The notes under the pieces: generated by a model | Database searches by the model: none | What the model was told of the DNA's origin: nothing | The model's input: the letters and a program-made list of their open reading frames with translations, nothing else | Part shown: positions 29,636-37,990 of the stretch, piece after piece | Numbering within the stretch: position 1 is the first letter of the stretch | Layout of the letters: each line of letters opens with the position of its first letter | From: an uncultured Enterobacteriaceae bacterium | GTDB lineage: Bacteria > Pseudomonadota > Gammaproteobacteria > Burkholderiales > SG8-39 | Assembly: GCA_964627075.1 (NCBI GenBank) | Contig: CAZVHU010000001.1 | Location: 6,454-66,841, forward strand | Reading direction: 5' to 3' | DNA: 60,388 bases | Program-made: the position numbers and the translations under genes

Positions 29636-31356
29636 GGCCCTAGGGCTAGGCAGTCGATGCGGTCGTCGGCGAGCGCCTGCACGGCGTTCTCCGGGAAGCA
29701 CACGATCGGCTCCTCGTGCACGTTGAAGCTGGTGTTGAGCACGAGCGGGATTCCCGAGCGCGCGCGGTAAGCCTCGAGCAGCTTCCAGTACAGCGGGTTC
29801 GCCTCGCGCGACACGGTCTGCGGGCGCGCGGTGCCGTCCACGTGCACCACCGCCGGGATGCGCGCGCGCCACCCGGGCCTCACGTTGCAGGTGATGGTCA
29901 TGAACGGCAGGCAATCGGCAGACCTGGCGACGTTGTCGAAGATCGCCGCGGCGTGCTCCTCGAGCACGCTCGGCGCGAACGGCATGAACTCGGTGCGCGC
30001 GAGGCGCGCATTGAGCGTCTTGTTGATCTCGGCGTCGGTCGGGCGCGCGAGCATCGAGCGGTTGCCGAGCGCGCGCGGGCCGAACTCCATGCGTCCCTGG
30101 AACCAGCCGACCACGCGCCCGGCGTGGATCGCCGCCGCTGCGCGCTCGACGAGCGCAGGTTCCTCCAGGCGCTCGAAGGCGATGCCCGCGGCCTCGAGCG
30201 CGCGCCGGCAATCGCCCTCGCCCCAGCCGCTTCCCCAGTAGACGTCGCGCAACGCCGCGCCCGGCTGGCGCGCGGCGGGCTCCATTTCCCGCAGCAGGAA
30301 CAGCGCCGCGCCCACCGAGTTGCCGGTGTCGCTCATCGCGGGGAAGACGAACAGGCGCTCCAGCCCGGGAAGCGCGGCAAGCCGCTGGTTGAGCTTCACG
30401 TTGGCGAACACGCCGCCGTTCACCGCCAGGCGCTTCTTGCCGGTGCGCGCGAGCAGGTCCTCGGCGAGCGCGGTGAGCGCATCCTCGAACACGGCTTGCG
30501 CCGCCGCGGCGACGTGCTCGCGCGGATGCGCGCGCACCAGCGCCTCGAGATGCGCCTCGCGCGCCGCATAGGCGTCGGCTCGCCCGGTGAAGTCCGAATC
30601 GAAACCGCGGCGCGTGGGCGCAAGGCGCAGCGCGCGGGCGAACTCGCCGTAGAGGCGCTGCGGGTCGCCGTGCGCCGCCAGCCCCAGCACCTTGCCCTCG
30701 TGCCTGAGCGGGATGAAGCCCATCGCCCCGGTGATCGCCTCGTAGTACTCGCCCGGCGAGGCGCCGGCGTTGTCCGAATGCTCGAGCCTCTCGAGCCGGC
30801 CGTCGCGCCAGGTGCCGGCGGTGTGGAAGATGTCGAGCTCGCCCACGCCGTCGATCGTCAGCACCGCGCACTCGTCGTAGCCCGAATACCAGGCCGCGGC
30901 CATGGCATGCGTCGCGTGGTGGTCGTAGAAGCGCACGCGCGCATCCGCCCGGAAGCCCATTTGCGACAGGAACTTCGCGCCGCGGAAGAACGGCGTGATG
31001 TCGCTGCCGGCGCGCGCCGCGCGCTTGAGCAGGTCGTTGACGTTGAGCTGCCGCTCGCCCTCGCCGCGCAGCCGCTTGCGGCCGCGCACCAGGCGCGCCT
31101 CGATCTCCTTGGCGAGCGACTCGCGGCGGAAGTACTTCTCCGGGAAGAAGCTGTGGATGCTCGCGATGCCGTCGACGTCGCGACGCGTCACGCCCGCGAC
31201 CTCGAGCGCGTGCTCGAGCGCTTCCAGCGGCAGGCGGAAGCCGTCGTTCTTCCTGCGCGTGACGCGCTCCTGCGACACCGCGGCGGCGAGCGCGCCGTCG
31301 AGGAACACGCACGCCGAGGCGTCGTGCGAGGAAGCGAGGCCGAGGATGACGGGCAT
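29611..31356 (-). CDS. NodU/CmcH-family carbamoyltransferase
   Basis: 581 aa from MPVILGLASSHDASA. It has the family-typical GGVFANVKLNQ and FVFPAMSDTGNSVGAA. Its 3' end overlaps the pyrC'-like gene by 25 nt (convergent). Confidence 0.85.
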   Translation of the reverse strand: MPVILGLASSHDASACVFLDGALAAAVSQERVTRRKNDGFRLPLEALEHALEVAGVTRRDVDGIASIHSFFPEKYFRRESLAKEIEARLVRGRKRLRGEGERQLNVNDLLKRAARAGSDITPFFRGAKFLSQMGFRADARVRFYDHHATHAMAAAWYSGYDECAVLTIDGVGELDIFHTAGTWRDGRLERLEHSDNAGASPGEYYEAITGAMGFIPLRHEGKVLGLAAHGDPQRLYGEFARALRLAPTRRGFDSDFTGRADAYAAREAHLEALVRAHPREHVAAAAQAVFEDALTALAEDLLARTGKKRLAVNGGVFANVKLNQRLAALPGLERLFVFPAMSDTGNSVGAALFLLREMEPAARQPGAALRDVYWGSGWGEGDCRRALEAAGIAFERLEEPALVERAAAAIHAGRVVGWFQGRMEFGPRALGNRSMLARPTDAEINKTLNARLARTEFMPFAPSVLEEHAAAIFDNVARSADCLPFMTITCNVRPGWRARIPAVVHVDGTARPQTVSREANPLYWKLLEAYRARSGIPLVLNTSFNVHEEPIVCFPENAVQALADDRIDCLALGPYWAERAS

Positions 31357-31416
31357 CGGGCGGCGAAAGCGGCGCATTCTAGCGGCAGGCCGCGCGCTGC
31401 GGTAAATTCGCCGCCC

Positions 31417-32262
31417 ATGCGAGCACGCGTTGCCGCAATCGCCATCGCGGCGCTGCTCGCGGGCTGCGCGGGCGTCGCCAAGCGCGACGCGCCCGAGCCC
31501 GGGCAGCGCCCCGGGGGCTATTACAAGGACGACGGCCCCGGCGCCAACCCGCCGCCGGACCTCGCCGCGACGCCGGACGCGGTGCCGCGCGCCGAGCCGC
31601 TCAACCGCTTCGCCAACCGGCCCTACCAGGTGTTCGGCAAGGACTACGTGCCGCTCACCAGCGTCGCGCCGTTTCGGCAGCAGGGCGTGGCGAGCTGGTA
31701 CGGCAAGCGCTACCACGGCAGCAAGACTTCCAGCGGCGAGACCTACGACATGTACGCGATGACGGCGGCGCACACGGTGCTGCCGATCCCGAGCTACGTG
31801 CGCGTCACCAGCCTCGCCAACGGCCGCAGCGTGGTGGTGCGCGTCAACGACCGCGGCCCGTTCCACAACGACCGCGTGATCGACCTCTCCTACACCGCCG
31901 CGCTCAAGCTCGGCATGCTCAGCTCGGGCAGCGCGCGCGTCGAGGTCGAGGCGATCGTGCCCGGCGCGGTGGCCGCCGTAGCGCCGGCGCCGGCCCCGGC
32001 GGCGCAGGTTGCCGCGCTCCCCCCGCAGGCCGGGGGCGTATTCCTGCAGCTCGGGGCGTTCTCGGCGCTCGAAAGCGCCGAGAACTACCGCGGCCGCGTG
32101 CAGCGCGAGCTGCCGTGGCTCGGCGAGCCGCCGCAGGTGCTCGCCGCCGGCGGCCTGTATCGCGTGCAGCTCGGGCCGTACCGCACGCAGGACGAGGCGC
32201 GCTCCGTCGCCGAGCGCATCCAGTCGGAGCTCGGCCTCAGGCCGGTCGTCGTCGTGCGCTAG
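31417..32262 (+). CDS. rlpA: Septal-ring lytic transglycosylase RlpA (lipoprotein, DPBB plus SPOR)
   Basis: 281 aa. It has the lipobox LLAGCAG, the DPBB motif ASWYGKRYHGSKTSSGETYD...VRVNDRGPF, and a C-terminal SPOR-like domain (FLQLGAFSALESAENY...YRVQLGPY). Confidence 0.88.
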   Translation: MRARVAAIAIAALLAGCAGVAKRDAPEPGQRPGGYYKDDGPGANPPPDLAATPDAVPRAEPLNRFANRPYQVFGKDYVPLTSVAPFRQQGVASWYGKRYHGSKTSSGETYDMYAMTAAHTVLPIPSYVRVTSLANGRSVVVRVNDRGPFHNDRVIDLSYTAALKLGMLSSGSARVEVEAIVPGAVAAVAPAPAPAAQVAALPPQAGGVFLQLGAFSALESAENYRGRVQRELPWLGEPPQVLAAGGLYRVQLGPYRTQDEARSVAERIQSELGLRPVVVVR

Positions 32263-32302
32263 AATGCGCGGCCCTTCGCCGCCGCTTCTGCCATCGCGCC
32301 CG

Positions 32303-33427
32303 ATGCTTCGACCGCTTCTGATCGCCCTGCTCTCGCTTCCGGCGCTCGCCGCGGCGAGCGCGCCGCAGCCGCCGCAGGTGATCGGGCGCGCGTGGTTCCT
32401 GCAGGACCTCGCGAGCGGCCAGGTGCTCGTCGCGGAAAAGCCCGACGAGCGCTTCGAGCCCGCCTCGCTCACCAAGCTCATGACCGCGTACCTCGTGTTC
32501 GCGGCGCTGCGCGACAAGAAGCTCGCGCCCGACCAGCGCGTGGGCGTCTCGGAGCGCGCCTGGCGCGCGCCGGGATCGCGCATGTTCATCGACCCGCGGA
32601 TGCGCGTCGCGGTCGAGGACCTGATCCGCGGCATGGTGGTGCAGTCCGGCAACGACGCCTGCATCGCGCTCGCCGAGGCGGTCGCGGGGACCGAGGAGGC
32701 GTTCGTGCAGGCGATGGGGCGCGAGGCCGGGCGCCTGGGCATGAAGAACACGAAGTTCATGAATTCCACCGGCCTGCCGGATCCGCAGCACTATTCGACG
32801 GCTCGCGACCTCGCGCTGCTCGCCGCGGCGCTGATCCGCGACTTCCCGGAGCCCTACGCCAGGTACTACTCGCAGCGCGAATTCCGCTACGCGAACATCA
32901 CCCAGCCCAACCGCAACCGGCTGCTGTGGCTCGATCCCACGGTGGACGGGGTCAAGACCGGATACACCGAGGCGGCCGGCTACTGCCTGATCGCGTCGTC
33001 GAAGCGCGGGCCGCGGCGGCTGCTGTCGGTGCTGCTGGGCTCCACTTCCGAGGCGACGCGCGCCCAGGAGTCGCAGAAGCTGCTCAACTGGGGCTTCCAG
33101 TCCTTCGACGCCGTGCGCCTCTACGACAAGGGCCAGGCGGTGAAGGAGATCGAGGTGTGGAAGGGCGAGCGTGCGCAGCTCAAGGCGGGCTTCCGCGACG
33201 AGCTGGTGCTCACCGTGCCCAAGGGCGAGGCGGGCAAGCTCAAGGCGGAGCTCGTGGCGCCCTCGCCGCTGCTCGCGCCGGTCGCTGCGGGGCAGCGCGT
33301 CGGCGTGCTGCGCGTCTCGCTCGAGGGCAAGGCGCTTGGCGAGTTCCCGGTGGTGGCGCTCGAGGGCATCGCGGCGGCCGGATTTTTCGGCCGCGCCTGG
33401 GATACACTCAGGCTGTGGCTCAAATAG
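32303..33427 (+). CDS. D-alanyl-D-alanine carboxypeptidase (PBP5/6 class)
   Basis: 374 aa from MLRPLL, with a signal peptide. It has the SxxK (ASLTKLM), SxN (SGND) and KTG (KTGYTE) motifs. Confidence 0.9.
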   Translation: MLRPLLIALLSLPALAAASAPQPPQVIGRAWFLQDLASGQVLVAEKPDERFEPASLTKLMTAYLVFAALRDKKLAPDQRVGVSERAWRAPGSRMFIDPRMRVAVEDLIRGMVVQSGNDACIALAEAVAGTEEAFVQAMGREAGRLGMKNTKFMNSTGLPDPQHYSTARDLALLAAALIRDFPEPYARYYSQREFRYANITQPNRNRLLWLDPTVDGVKTGYTEAAGYCLIASSKRGPRRLLSVLLGSTSEATRAQESQKLLNWGFQSFDAVRLYDKGQAVKEIEVWKGERAQLKAGFRDELVLTVPKGEAGKLKAELVAPSPLLAPVAAGQRVGVLRVSLEGKALGEFPVVALEGIAAAGFFGRAWDTLRLWLK

Positions 33428-33437
33428 CGGAGCGGAA

Positions 33438-34316
33438 ATGATTTTTCTCAACGGCAGGTTCATGCCCATCGAGGAAGCGCGCGTGCCGGTGCTCGACCGC
33501 GGCTTCATCTTCGGCGACGGCGTCTACGAGCTGGTGCCCGTGTACTCGCGCGCGCCGTTTCGCCTGGACGAGCACCTCGCGCGCCTGGAGCGCAGCCTCG
33601 CCGCGGTGCGCATCCGCAACCCCTACAGCCGCGCCGAGTGGCGCGACATCATCCTGCGCCTCGTTGCGCTGCAGCCCTTCGAGGACCAGGGCGTCTACTT
33701 CCAGGTGACGCGGGGCGTGGCCAAGCGCGACCACGCCTTCCCCAAGGACGTGGCGCCGACCGTGTTCGTGATGGCCAACCCCTTGGTCAACCCGCCCGCC
33801 GAGCAGGTGGAGCGCGGCGCCGCCGCCGTCACCGCGGTCGACAACCGCTGGCTGCGCTGCGACATCAAGTCGATCTCGCTCGTCGGCAACGTGCTGCTGC
33901 GCCAGCACTCGGCCGACGTCGGCGCGGTGGAGACGATCCTGTTCCGCGACCGCAAGTTGACGGAAGCCTCGGCCTCCAACGTGTTCGTGGCGAAGCGCGG
34001 CGCGCTCTTGAGTCCCCCCAAGAGCAACCTGATCCTGCCCGGCATCACCTACGACGTGGTGGTCGAGATCGCGCAGTCCGCGGGCATCCCGCTCGAGTTG
34101 CGCGACGTCACCGAGGACGAGGTGCGCGCCGCCGACGAGATCTTCGTCTCCTCCTCCTCCAAGGAGGTGCTCGCCATCGTGCAGCTCGACGGCAGGCCGG
34201 TGGGCGAGGGCAGGCCCGGGCCCGTGTTCCGGCGCGTGCACCAGCTCTACCAGGACTTCAAGCGCGACGTGATGCGCGCCGGCGCCCGCAAGGAGAAGGC
34301 CGTCTCGGCCGCCTGA
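33438..34316 (+). CDS. Class IV aminotransferase (D-amino-acid aminotransferase-like)
   Basis: 292 aa from MIFLNGRFMP. It has DRGFIFGDGVYE and a fold-type IV layout. The neighbourhood (dac gene, ybeD, lipB) is conserved. Confidence 0.8.
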   Translation: MIFLNGRFMPIEEARVPVLDRGFIFGDGVYELVPVYSRAPFRLDEHLARLERSLAAVRIRNPYSRAEWRDIILRLVALQPFEDQGVYFQVTRGVAKRDHAFPKDVAPTVFVMANPLVNPPAEQVERGAAAVTAVDNRWLRCDIKSISLVGNVLLRQHSADVGAVETILFRDRKLTEASASNVFVAKRGALLSPPKSNLILPGITYDVVVEIAQSAGIPLELRDVTEDEVRAADEIFVSSSSKEVLAIVQLDGRPVGEGRPGPVFRRVHQLYQDFKRDVMRAGARKEKAVSAA

Positions 34317-34330
34317 GCGCGGCCCGCGTC

Positions 34331-34597
34331 ATGCGCGAACCCGGCGCGGCGCTCGCCTTTCCGACCGCGTTCCCGATCAAGATCATGGGACGCCGGCAGG
34401 GCGGCTTCGCGCAGGCGGTGATGGAAATCGTCCTGCGGCACGCGCCGGACTTCGAGCCGGCAACGATGGAGATGCGCCCCAGCCGGCAGGGCAAGTACCT
34501 CAGCCTCACCGTGACCGTGAACGCCACCTCGCGCGAGCAGCTCGACGCGCTCTACCGGGACCTCTGCGACCACCCGGCGGTGGTGATGGTGCTCTGA
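34331..34597 (+). CDS. ybeD: YbeD/DUF493 family protein
   Basis: 88 aa. It has FPTAFPIKIMG and lies directly upstream of lipB. Confidence 0.85.
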   Translation: MREPGAALAFPTAFPIKIMGRRQGGFAQAVMEIVLRHAPDFEPATMEMRPSRQGKYLSLTVTVNATSREQLDALYRDLCDHPAVVMVL

Positions 34598-35226
34598 TGG
34601 CGGCGGTGCTCGAAGCAATCTGTCTGCGGCGCCTCGGGCGGATCGGCTACCAGCAAGCCGAGGCCGCGATGCGCGATTTCACCGTCTCGCGCGACGCGCG
34701 CACGCCCGACGAGCTGTGGCTGGTCGAGCACCCTCCGGTCTACACGCTCGGCACCGGCGCCGACCCGGCGCACGGGCCGCGCACGCCCAACGGCATCCCG
34801 GTGCTGAAAAGCGGCCGCGGCGGCGAGATCACCTACCACGGCCCCGGGCAGGTGGTGCTCTACACGCTGGTGGACCTCGCCCGGCGCGGCCTCAAGGTGA
34901 AGCAATACGTGGCGCTCCTCGAGCAGTGCGTGATCGAGCTGCTCGCGCTGCACGGCGTCAAGGGCGAGCGCAGGCCCGGGGCGCCCGGCGTCTACGCGCG
35001 CGGCGCGAAGGTCGCGGCGCTCGGGCTGCGCCTCGCGCGCGGCCGCGCCTACCACGGCGTCGCGCTCAACGTGAACATGGACCTCGCGCCGTTTGCGGCG
35101 ATCGACCCCTGCGGCTACCCGGGGCTCGGGGTGACCCAGACGCGCGACCTCGGCATCGCCGCTTCGGCCGGCGAACTGGGCGAGCAACTCGCGGGGCTGC
35201 TCATGGAGAAGCTCGCCGATGCGTGA
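34597..35226 (+). CDS. lipB: Octanoyltransferase
   Basis: 209 aa. It has [12 protein letters not shown] and KVAALGLR, typical of LipB. Confidence 0.92.
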   Translation: MAAVLEAICLRRLGRIGYQQAEAAMRDFTVSRDARTPDELWLVEHPPVYTLGTGADPAHGPRTPNGIPVLKSGRGGEITYHGPGQVVLYTLVDLARRGLKVKQYVALLEQCVIELLALHGVKGERRPGAPGVYARGAKVAALGLRLARGRAYHGVALNVNMDLAPFAAIDPCGYPGLGVTQTRDLGIAASAGELGEQLAGLLMEKLADA

Positions 35227-36169
35227 GCCGGGCGCGAAGGAAAAGGGCGCGGCCAAGACCGCGCGCATCCCGGTGAAGATCGTGCCACGTGCGGCGCTGA
35301 AAAAGCCGCCCTGGATCCGGGTGCGGGCCGCCGCCGAGGGCTCGCGCTTCTACGACATCAAGCGCATCCTGCGCGCGCAGCGCCTGCACACCGTGTGCGA
35401 GGAAGCCTCGTGCCCGAACATCGGCGAGTGCTTCGGCAAGGGCACCGCCACGTTCATGATCCTCGGCGACGTGTGCACGCGCCGCTGCCCGTTCTGCGAC
35501 GTGGCGCACGGCCGGCCGCTTGCGCCCGACGCCGAGGAGCCGCGGCATCTCGCAGAGACGGTAGCGCGGCTGGGACTTCGCTACGTCGTCGTGACGAGCG
35601 TGGACCGCGACGACCTGAAGGACGGCGGCGCGGCGCATTTCGCAGATTGCATCCGCGAGCTGCGCGCGCGCACGCCCGGCACCACGATCGAGGTGCTGGT
35701 GCCGGACTTCCGCGGGCGCCTGGAGCGCGCGCTCGAGCCGCTCGCCGCGGCGCCGCCGGACGTCATGAACCATAACCTCGAGACCGTGCCGCGCCTTTAC
35801 CGCGCCGCGCGCCCCGGGGGCGACTACGCGCATTCGCTCGTGCTGCTGCGCGAGTTCAAGCAGCGCTGCCCCGCGGTTCCGACCAAGTCGGGATTGATGG
35901 TGGGCCTGGGCGAGCGTGACGAGGAGATCGTGCAGGTGATGCGCGACTTGCGGGCACACGGCGTGGAGATGCTCACCATCGGCCAGTACCTCGCGCCGTC
36001 GGCGCACCACCTGCCGGTCGAGCGCTACGTGCACCCGGACACCTTCGCCCTGTTCGAGCGCGAGGCCGCGGCGCTCGGCTTCAGGCACGCGGCGATCGGG
36101 CCGCTGGTGCGCTCCTCCTACCACGCCGACCGCCAGGCGCACGAGGCGGGCGTACCAGGCGCAGTGTAA
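35219..36169 (+). CDS. lipA: Lipoyl synthase
   Basis: 316 aa. It has the auxiliary cluster [12 protein letters not shown] and the radical-SAM CTRRCPFC. Its TAA stop lies inside the palindrome at 36163. Confidence 0.96.
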   Translation: MREPGAKEKGAAKTARIPVKIVPRAALKKPPWIRVRAAAEGSRFYDIKRILRAQRLHTVCEEASCPNIGECFGKGTATFMILGDVCTRRCPFCDVAHGRPLAPDAEEPRHLAETVARLGLRYVVVTSVDRDDLKDGGAAHFADCIRELRARTPGTTIEVLVPDFRGRLERALEPLAAAPPDVMNHNLETVPRLYRAARPGGDYAHSLVLLREFKQRCPAVPTKSGLMVGLGERDEEIVQVMRDLRAHGVEMLTIGQYLAPSAHHLPVERYVHPDTFALFEREAAALGFRHAAIGPLVRSSYHADRQAHEAGVPGAV

Positions 36170-36185
36170 AGTCATGCTTTACACT
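36163..36185 (-). repeat. 23-bp AT-rich palindrome, copy a: AGTGTAAAG-TCATG-CTTTACACT
   Basis: Read directly, with perfect 9-bp arms. The minus orientation is assigned from the spacer consensus. Confidence 0.9.
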
Positions 36186-36206
36186 CCGGCCATTGGGAGC
36201 CGCCGC

Positions 36207-36899
36207 ATGAGGACCCTTGCGCTTCGCTTTCTTGCTGCCGCCGCGCTTGGCGGCTGCGTTGCGGCCGCCCCCGCCGCGAGCCTCGACAGGATCTCCAACC
36301 AGGAGGCGATCGGCGGCCTGAAGGCCGCGCTCGAAAAGGGCTCGGCAGTCGCGGTCGCCAACCTCGGCCGCGCCGACGGCTACTTCGGCAACGACAAGGT
36401 GAAGATCCCGCTGCCGGAGTCGCTCAAGCGCACCGAGCGCCTGATGCGCACCGTCGGCATGGGCAAGTACGCCGACGAGCTGGTCCTCACCATGAACCGC
36501 GCGGCCGAAGCTGCGGTGCCCGAGGCGAAGGCGCTGCTGGTGGACTCGGTGAAGAAGATGAGCGTGCAGGACGCCAAAGGCATCCTCACCGGCGGCGACA
36601 CGGCGGGCACCGAATATTTCAGGCGCACCACCTCCGAGCCGCTGCGCGCGAAGTTCCTGCCGATCGTGCAGCAGGCGACGAGGAAGGTGAAGCTCGCCGA
36701 AAGCTACAACAACTACGCCGGGCAGGCCGCGAAGTACGGGCTGCTATCGAAGGAGGACGCCAACCTCGACGCCTACGTCACGCAGAAGGCGCTCGACGGC
36801 CTGTACTTCATGATCGCCGAGGAGGAAAAGAAGATCCGCAAGGACCCGGTCGGCGCCGGCAGCGACCTGATCAGGAAGGTCTTCGGCGCCCTGAAGTAG
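36207..36899 (+). CDS. DUF4197-like secreted protein
   Basis: The ATG at 36207 is preferred: GGGAG lies 8 nt upstream and the signal peptide MRTLALRFLAAAALGG follows. The ATG at 36174 lies in the palindrome spacer. The family call is from memory of DUF4197 sequences (GLKAALEKG...KIPLPESL). Confidence 0.65.
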   Translation: MRTLALRFLAAAALGGCVAAAPAASLDRISNQEAIGGLKAALEKGSAVAVANLGRADGYFGNDKVKIPLPESLKRTERLMRTVGMGKYADELVLTMNRAAEAAVPEAKALLVDSVKKMSVQDAKGILTGGDTAGTEYFRRTTSEPLRAKFLPIVQQATRKVKLAESYNNYAGQAAKYGLLSKEDANLDAYVTQKALDGLYFMIAEEEKKIRKDPVGAGSDLIRKVFGALK

Positions 36900-36910
36900 C
36901 TCCTCTGTCG

Positions 36911-36961
36911 TCCCCGCCTACGCGGGGAGCCACAGGCTTGGCTTCCCCGCGAAAGCGGGGA
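36911..36961. repeat. Pair of GC-rich REP-like hairpins: TCCCCGC-CTAC-GCGGGGA (36911-36928) and TCCCCGC-GAAA-GCGGGGA (36944-36961)
   Basis: Read directly. Confidence 0.8.
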
Positions 36962-36968
36962 TCCAGTC

Positions 36969-37100
36969 CTATTCGATCACCCGGTCGGCGCGCAGGAGCA
37001 GCACCTGCGGAACGGTCAGCCCGATCGCCTCGCGGCTTTTCACTCGCCGGAGTCTGCGCCTGAACCTGCGCCACGGATCGATGGGTTTCCGCAGATTGGC
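36969..37100 (-). pseudogene. 3'-terminal relic of an ABC substrate-binding-protein paralogue
   Basis: The reverse strand reads ...VKSREAIGLTVPQVLLLRADRVIE*, against ...LKTAKAIGLAVPRSVLLRADRVIE* at the end of the 37991 gene. The upstream part is degenerate and has no start codon. Confidence 0.55.
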
Positions 37101-37128
37101 GCCGTGCTTCAAGGAGTAAGATTCCGCC

Positions 37129-37386
37129 ATGCAAAAGGCTGCTGCCCGGGCATTCCTCGCGCGCGACCGGGAGCGGGTCGCCGCGCTGAAAAGGGACTAT
37201 CACGCTCGGCGTTACCGGCGGACGCGCGGCAGGTCCGGGCTGGATGCGGGGCGCTCGCTGCGGCAACTCGCCCGCTCGGTCCGGCCCGACTGGCCGACGA
37301 AACGGGACCGCGCCGAGGACCTGGCGCATCACGTGGCGCTCAAGCGCTTGCTCGACCGCGCCGCGCATGCGTTCTGCGCTCGCTGA
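37129..37386 (+). CDS. Small Arg-rich hypothetical protein, upstream partner of the nucleotidyltransferase
   Basis: 85 aa. AAGGAG lies at 37111-37116. Third codon positions are mostly G/C. It overlaps the next gene by 20 nt. I recognise no family. Confidence 0.4.
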   Translation: MQKAAARAFLARDRERVAALKRDYHARRYRRTRGRSGLDAGRSLRQLARSVRPDWPTKRDRAEDLAHHVALKRLLDRAAHAFCAR

Positions 37387-37957
37387 GGCGCTCGCCGCCC
37401 TCGGGCGGGTGCTCGGCAGGCTGCGGGTTCGCTGGTACCTCTTTGGCGCACAGGCGGCGCTGCTCTACGGCGCAGCAAGGCTCACCGCCGACATCGATGT
37501 CACGGTGCAGATCGGCGAGCGGGGAACGGCCGGCCTGGCAAGAGCGCTCGAGCAGGCCGGATTCCGGCTTCGCGTTCGCGACGTCGCCGATTTCGTGGCG
37601 AAGACCCGCGTCCTGCCCTTCGTGCACGCCCGCTCCGGGATGCCGGTCGACATCGTCCTCGCGGGGCCCGGGCCGGAGGAGCTTTTCCTCAAGCGCCGCC
37701 GCCGCCGCCAGATCGAGGGGGTCACGGTCTTCGTCGCAAGCCCCGAGGATATCGTCGTCATGAAGATGCTCGCAGGCCGAGGCAAGGACGAAGACGACAC
37801 GCTGGCGATCCTTGCTGCTCGGCCGCGCCTGAAAATCGCAAGGATCCGGTCGACTCTCGATCTGCTCGAGCGCGCGCTCGGGCAAAGCGACCTCCGGCCG
37901 CGGTTCGAACAACTGCTCGCCCGCGCCCGGCCGGCGTCGGCGCGCAAGAGAAGTTGA
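37367..37957 (+). CDS. Pol-beta-fold nucleotidyltransferase-like protein
   Basis: 196 aa from MRSALAEA. It has the NTase loop LFGAQAALLYGAARLTADIDV (G-x-...-D-x-D), a later acidic strand PVDIVL, and SPEDIVVMKMLAGRGKDEDD, which recurs in uncharacterised NTase families (DUF6036-like, from memory). Confidence 0.6.
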   Translation: MRSALAEALAALGRVLGRLRVRWYLFGAQAALLYGAARLTADIDVTVQIGERGTAGLARALEQAGFRLRVRDVADFVAKTRVLPFVHARSGMPVDIVLAGPGPEELFLKRRRRRQIEGVTVFVASPEDIVVMKMLAGRGKDEDDTLAILAARPRLKIARIRSTLDLLERALGQSDLRPRFEQLLARARPASARKRS

Positions 37958-37990
37958 AGGCAGGCGCGCGCGGGGAAGCGCCGCGGCGCG

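Noticed and set aside
28175-32769. Giant ORFs 28175-31312 (minus), 29611-32769 (minus, full length) and 29716-32262 (plus, full length)
   Set aside because: Only the parts from MPVILGLASSHD (carbamoyltransferase) and from MRARVAAIAIAALLAGC (RlpA) look like real proteins. The N-terminal extensions are Arg/Ala-rich read-through of other genes' antisense or out-of-frame sequence, so the starts were trimmed.
36174-36206. The ATG at 36174 as the start of the DUF4197 gene
   Set aside because: It lies in the palindrome spacer 5 nt after the lipA stop and has no Shine-Dalgarno. The ATG at 36207 has GGGAG at a good distance and begins a canonical signal peptide. It is kept as an alternative only.
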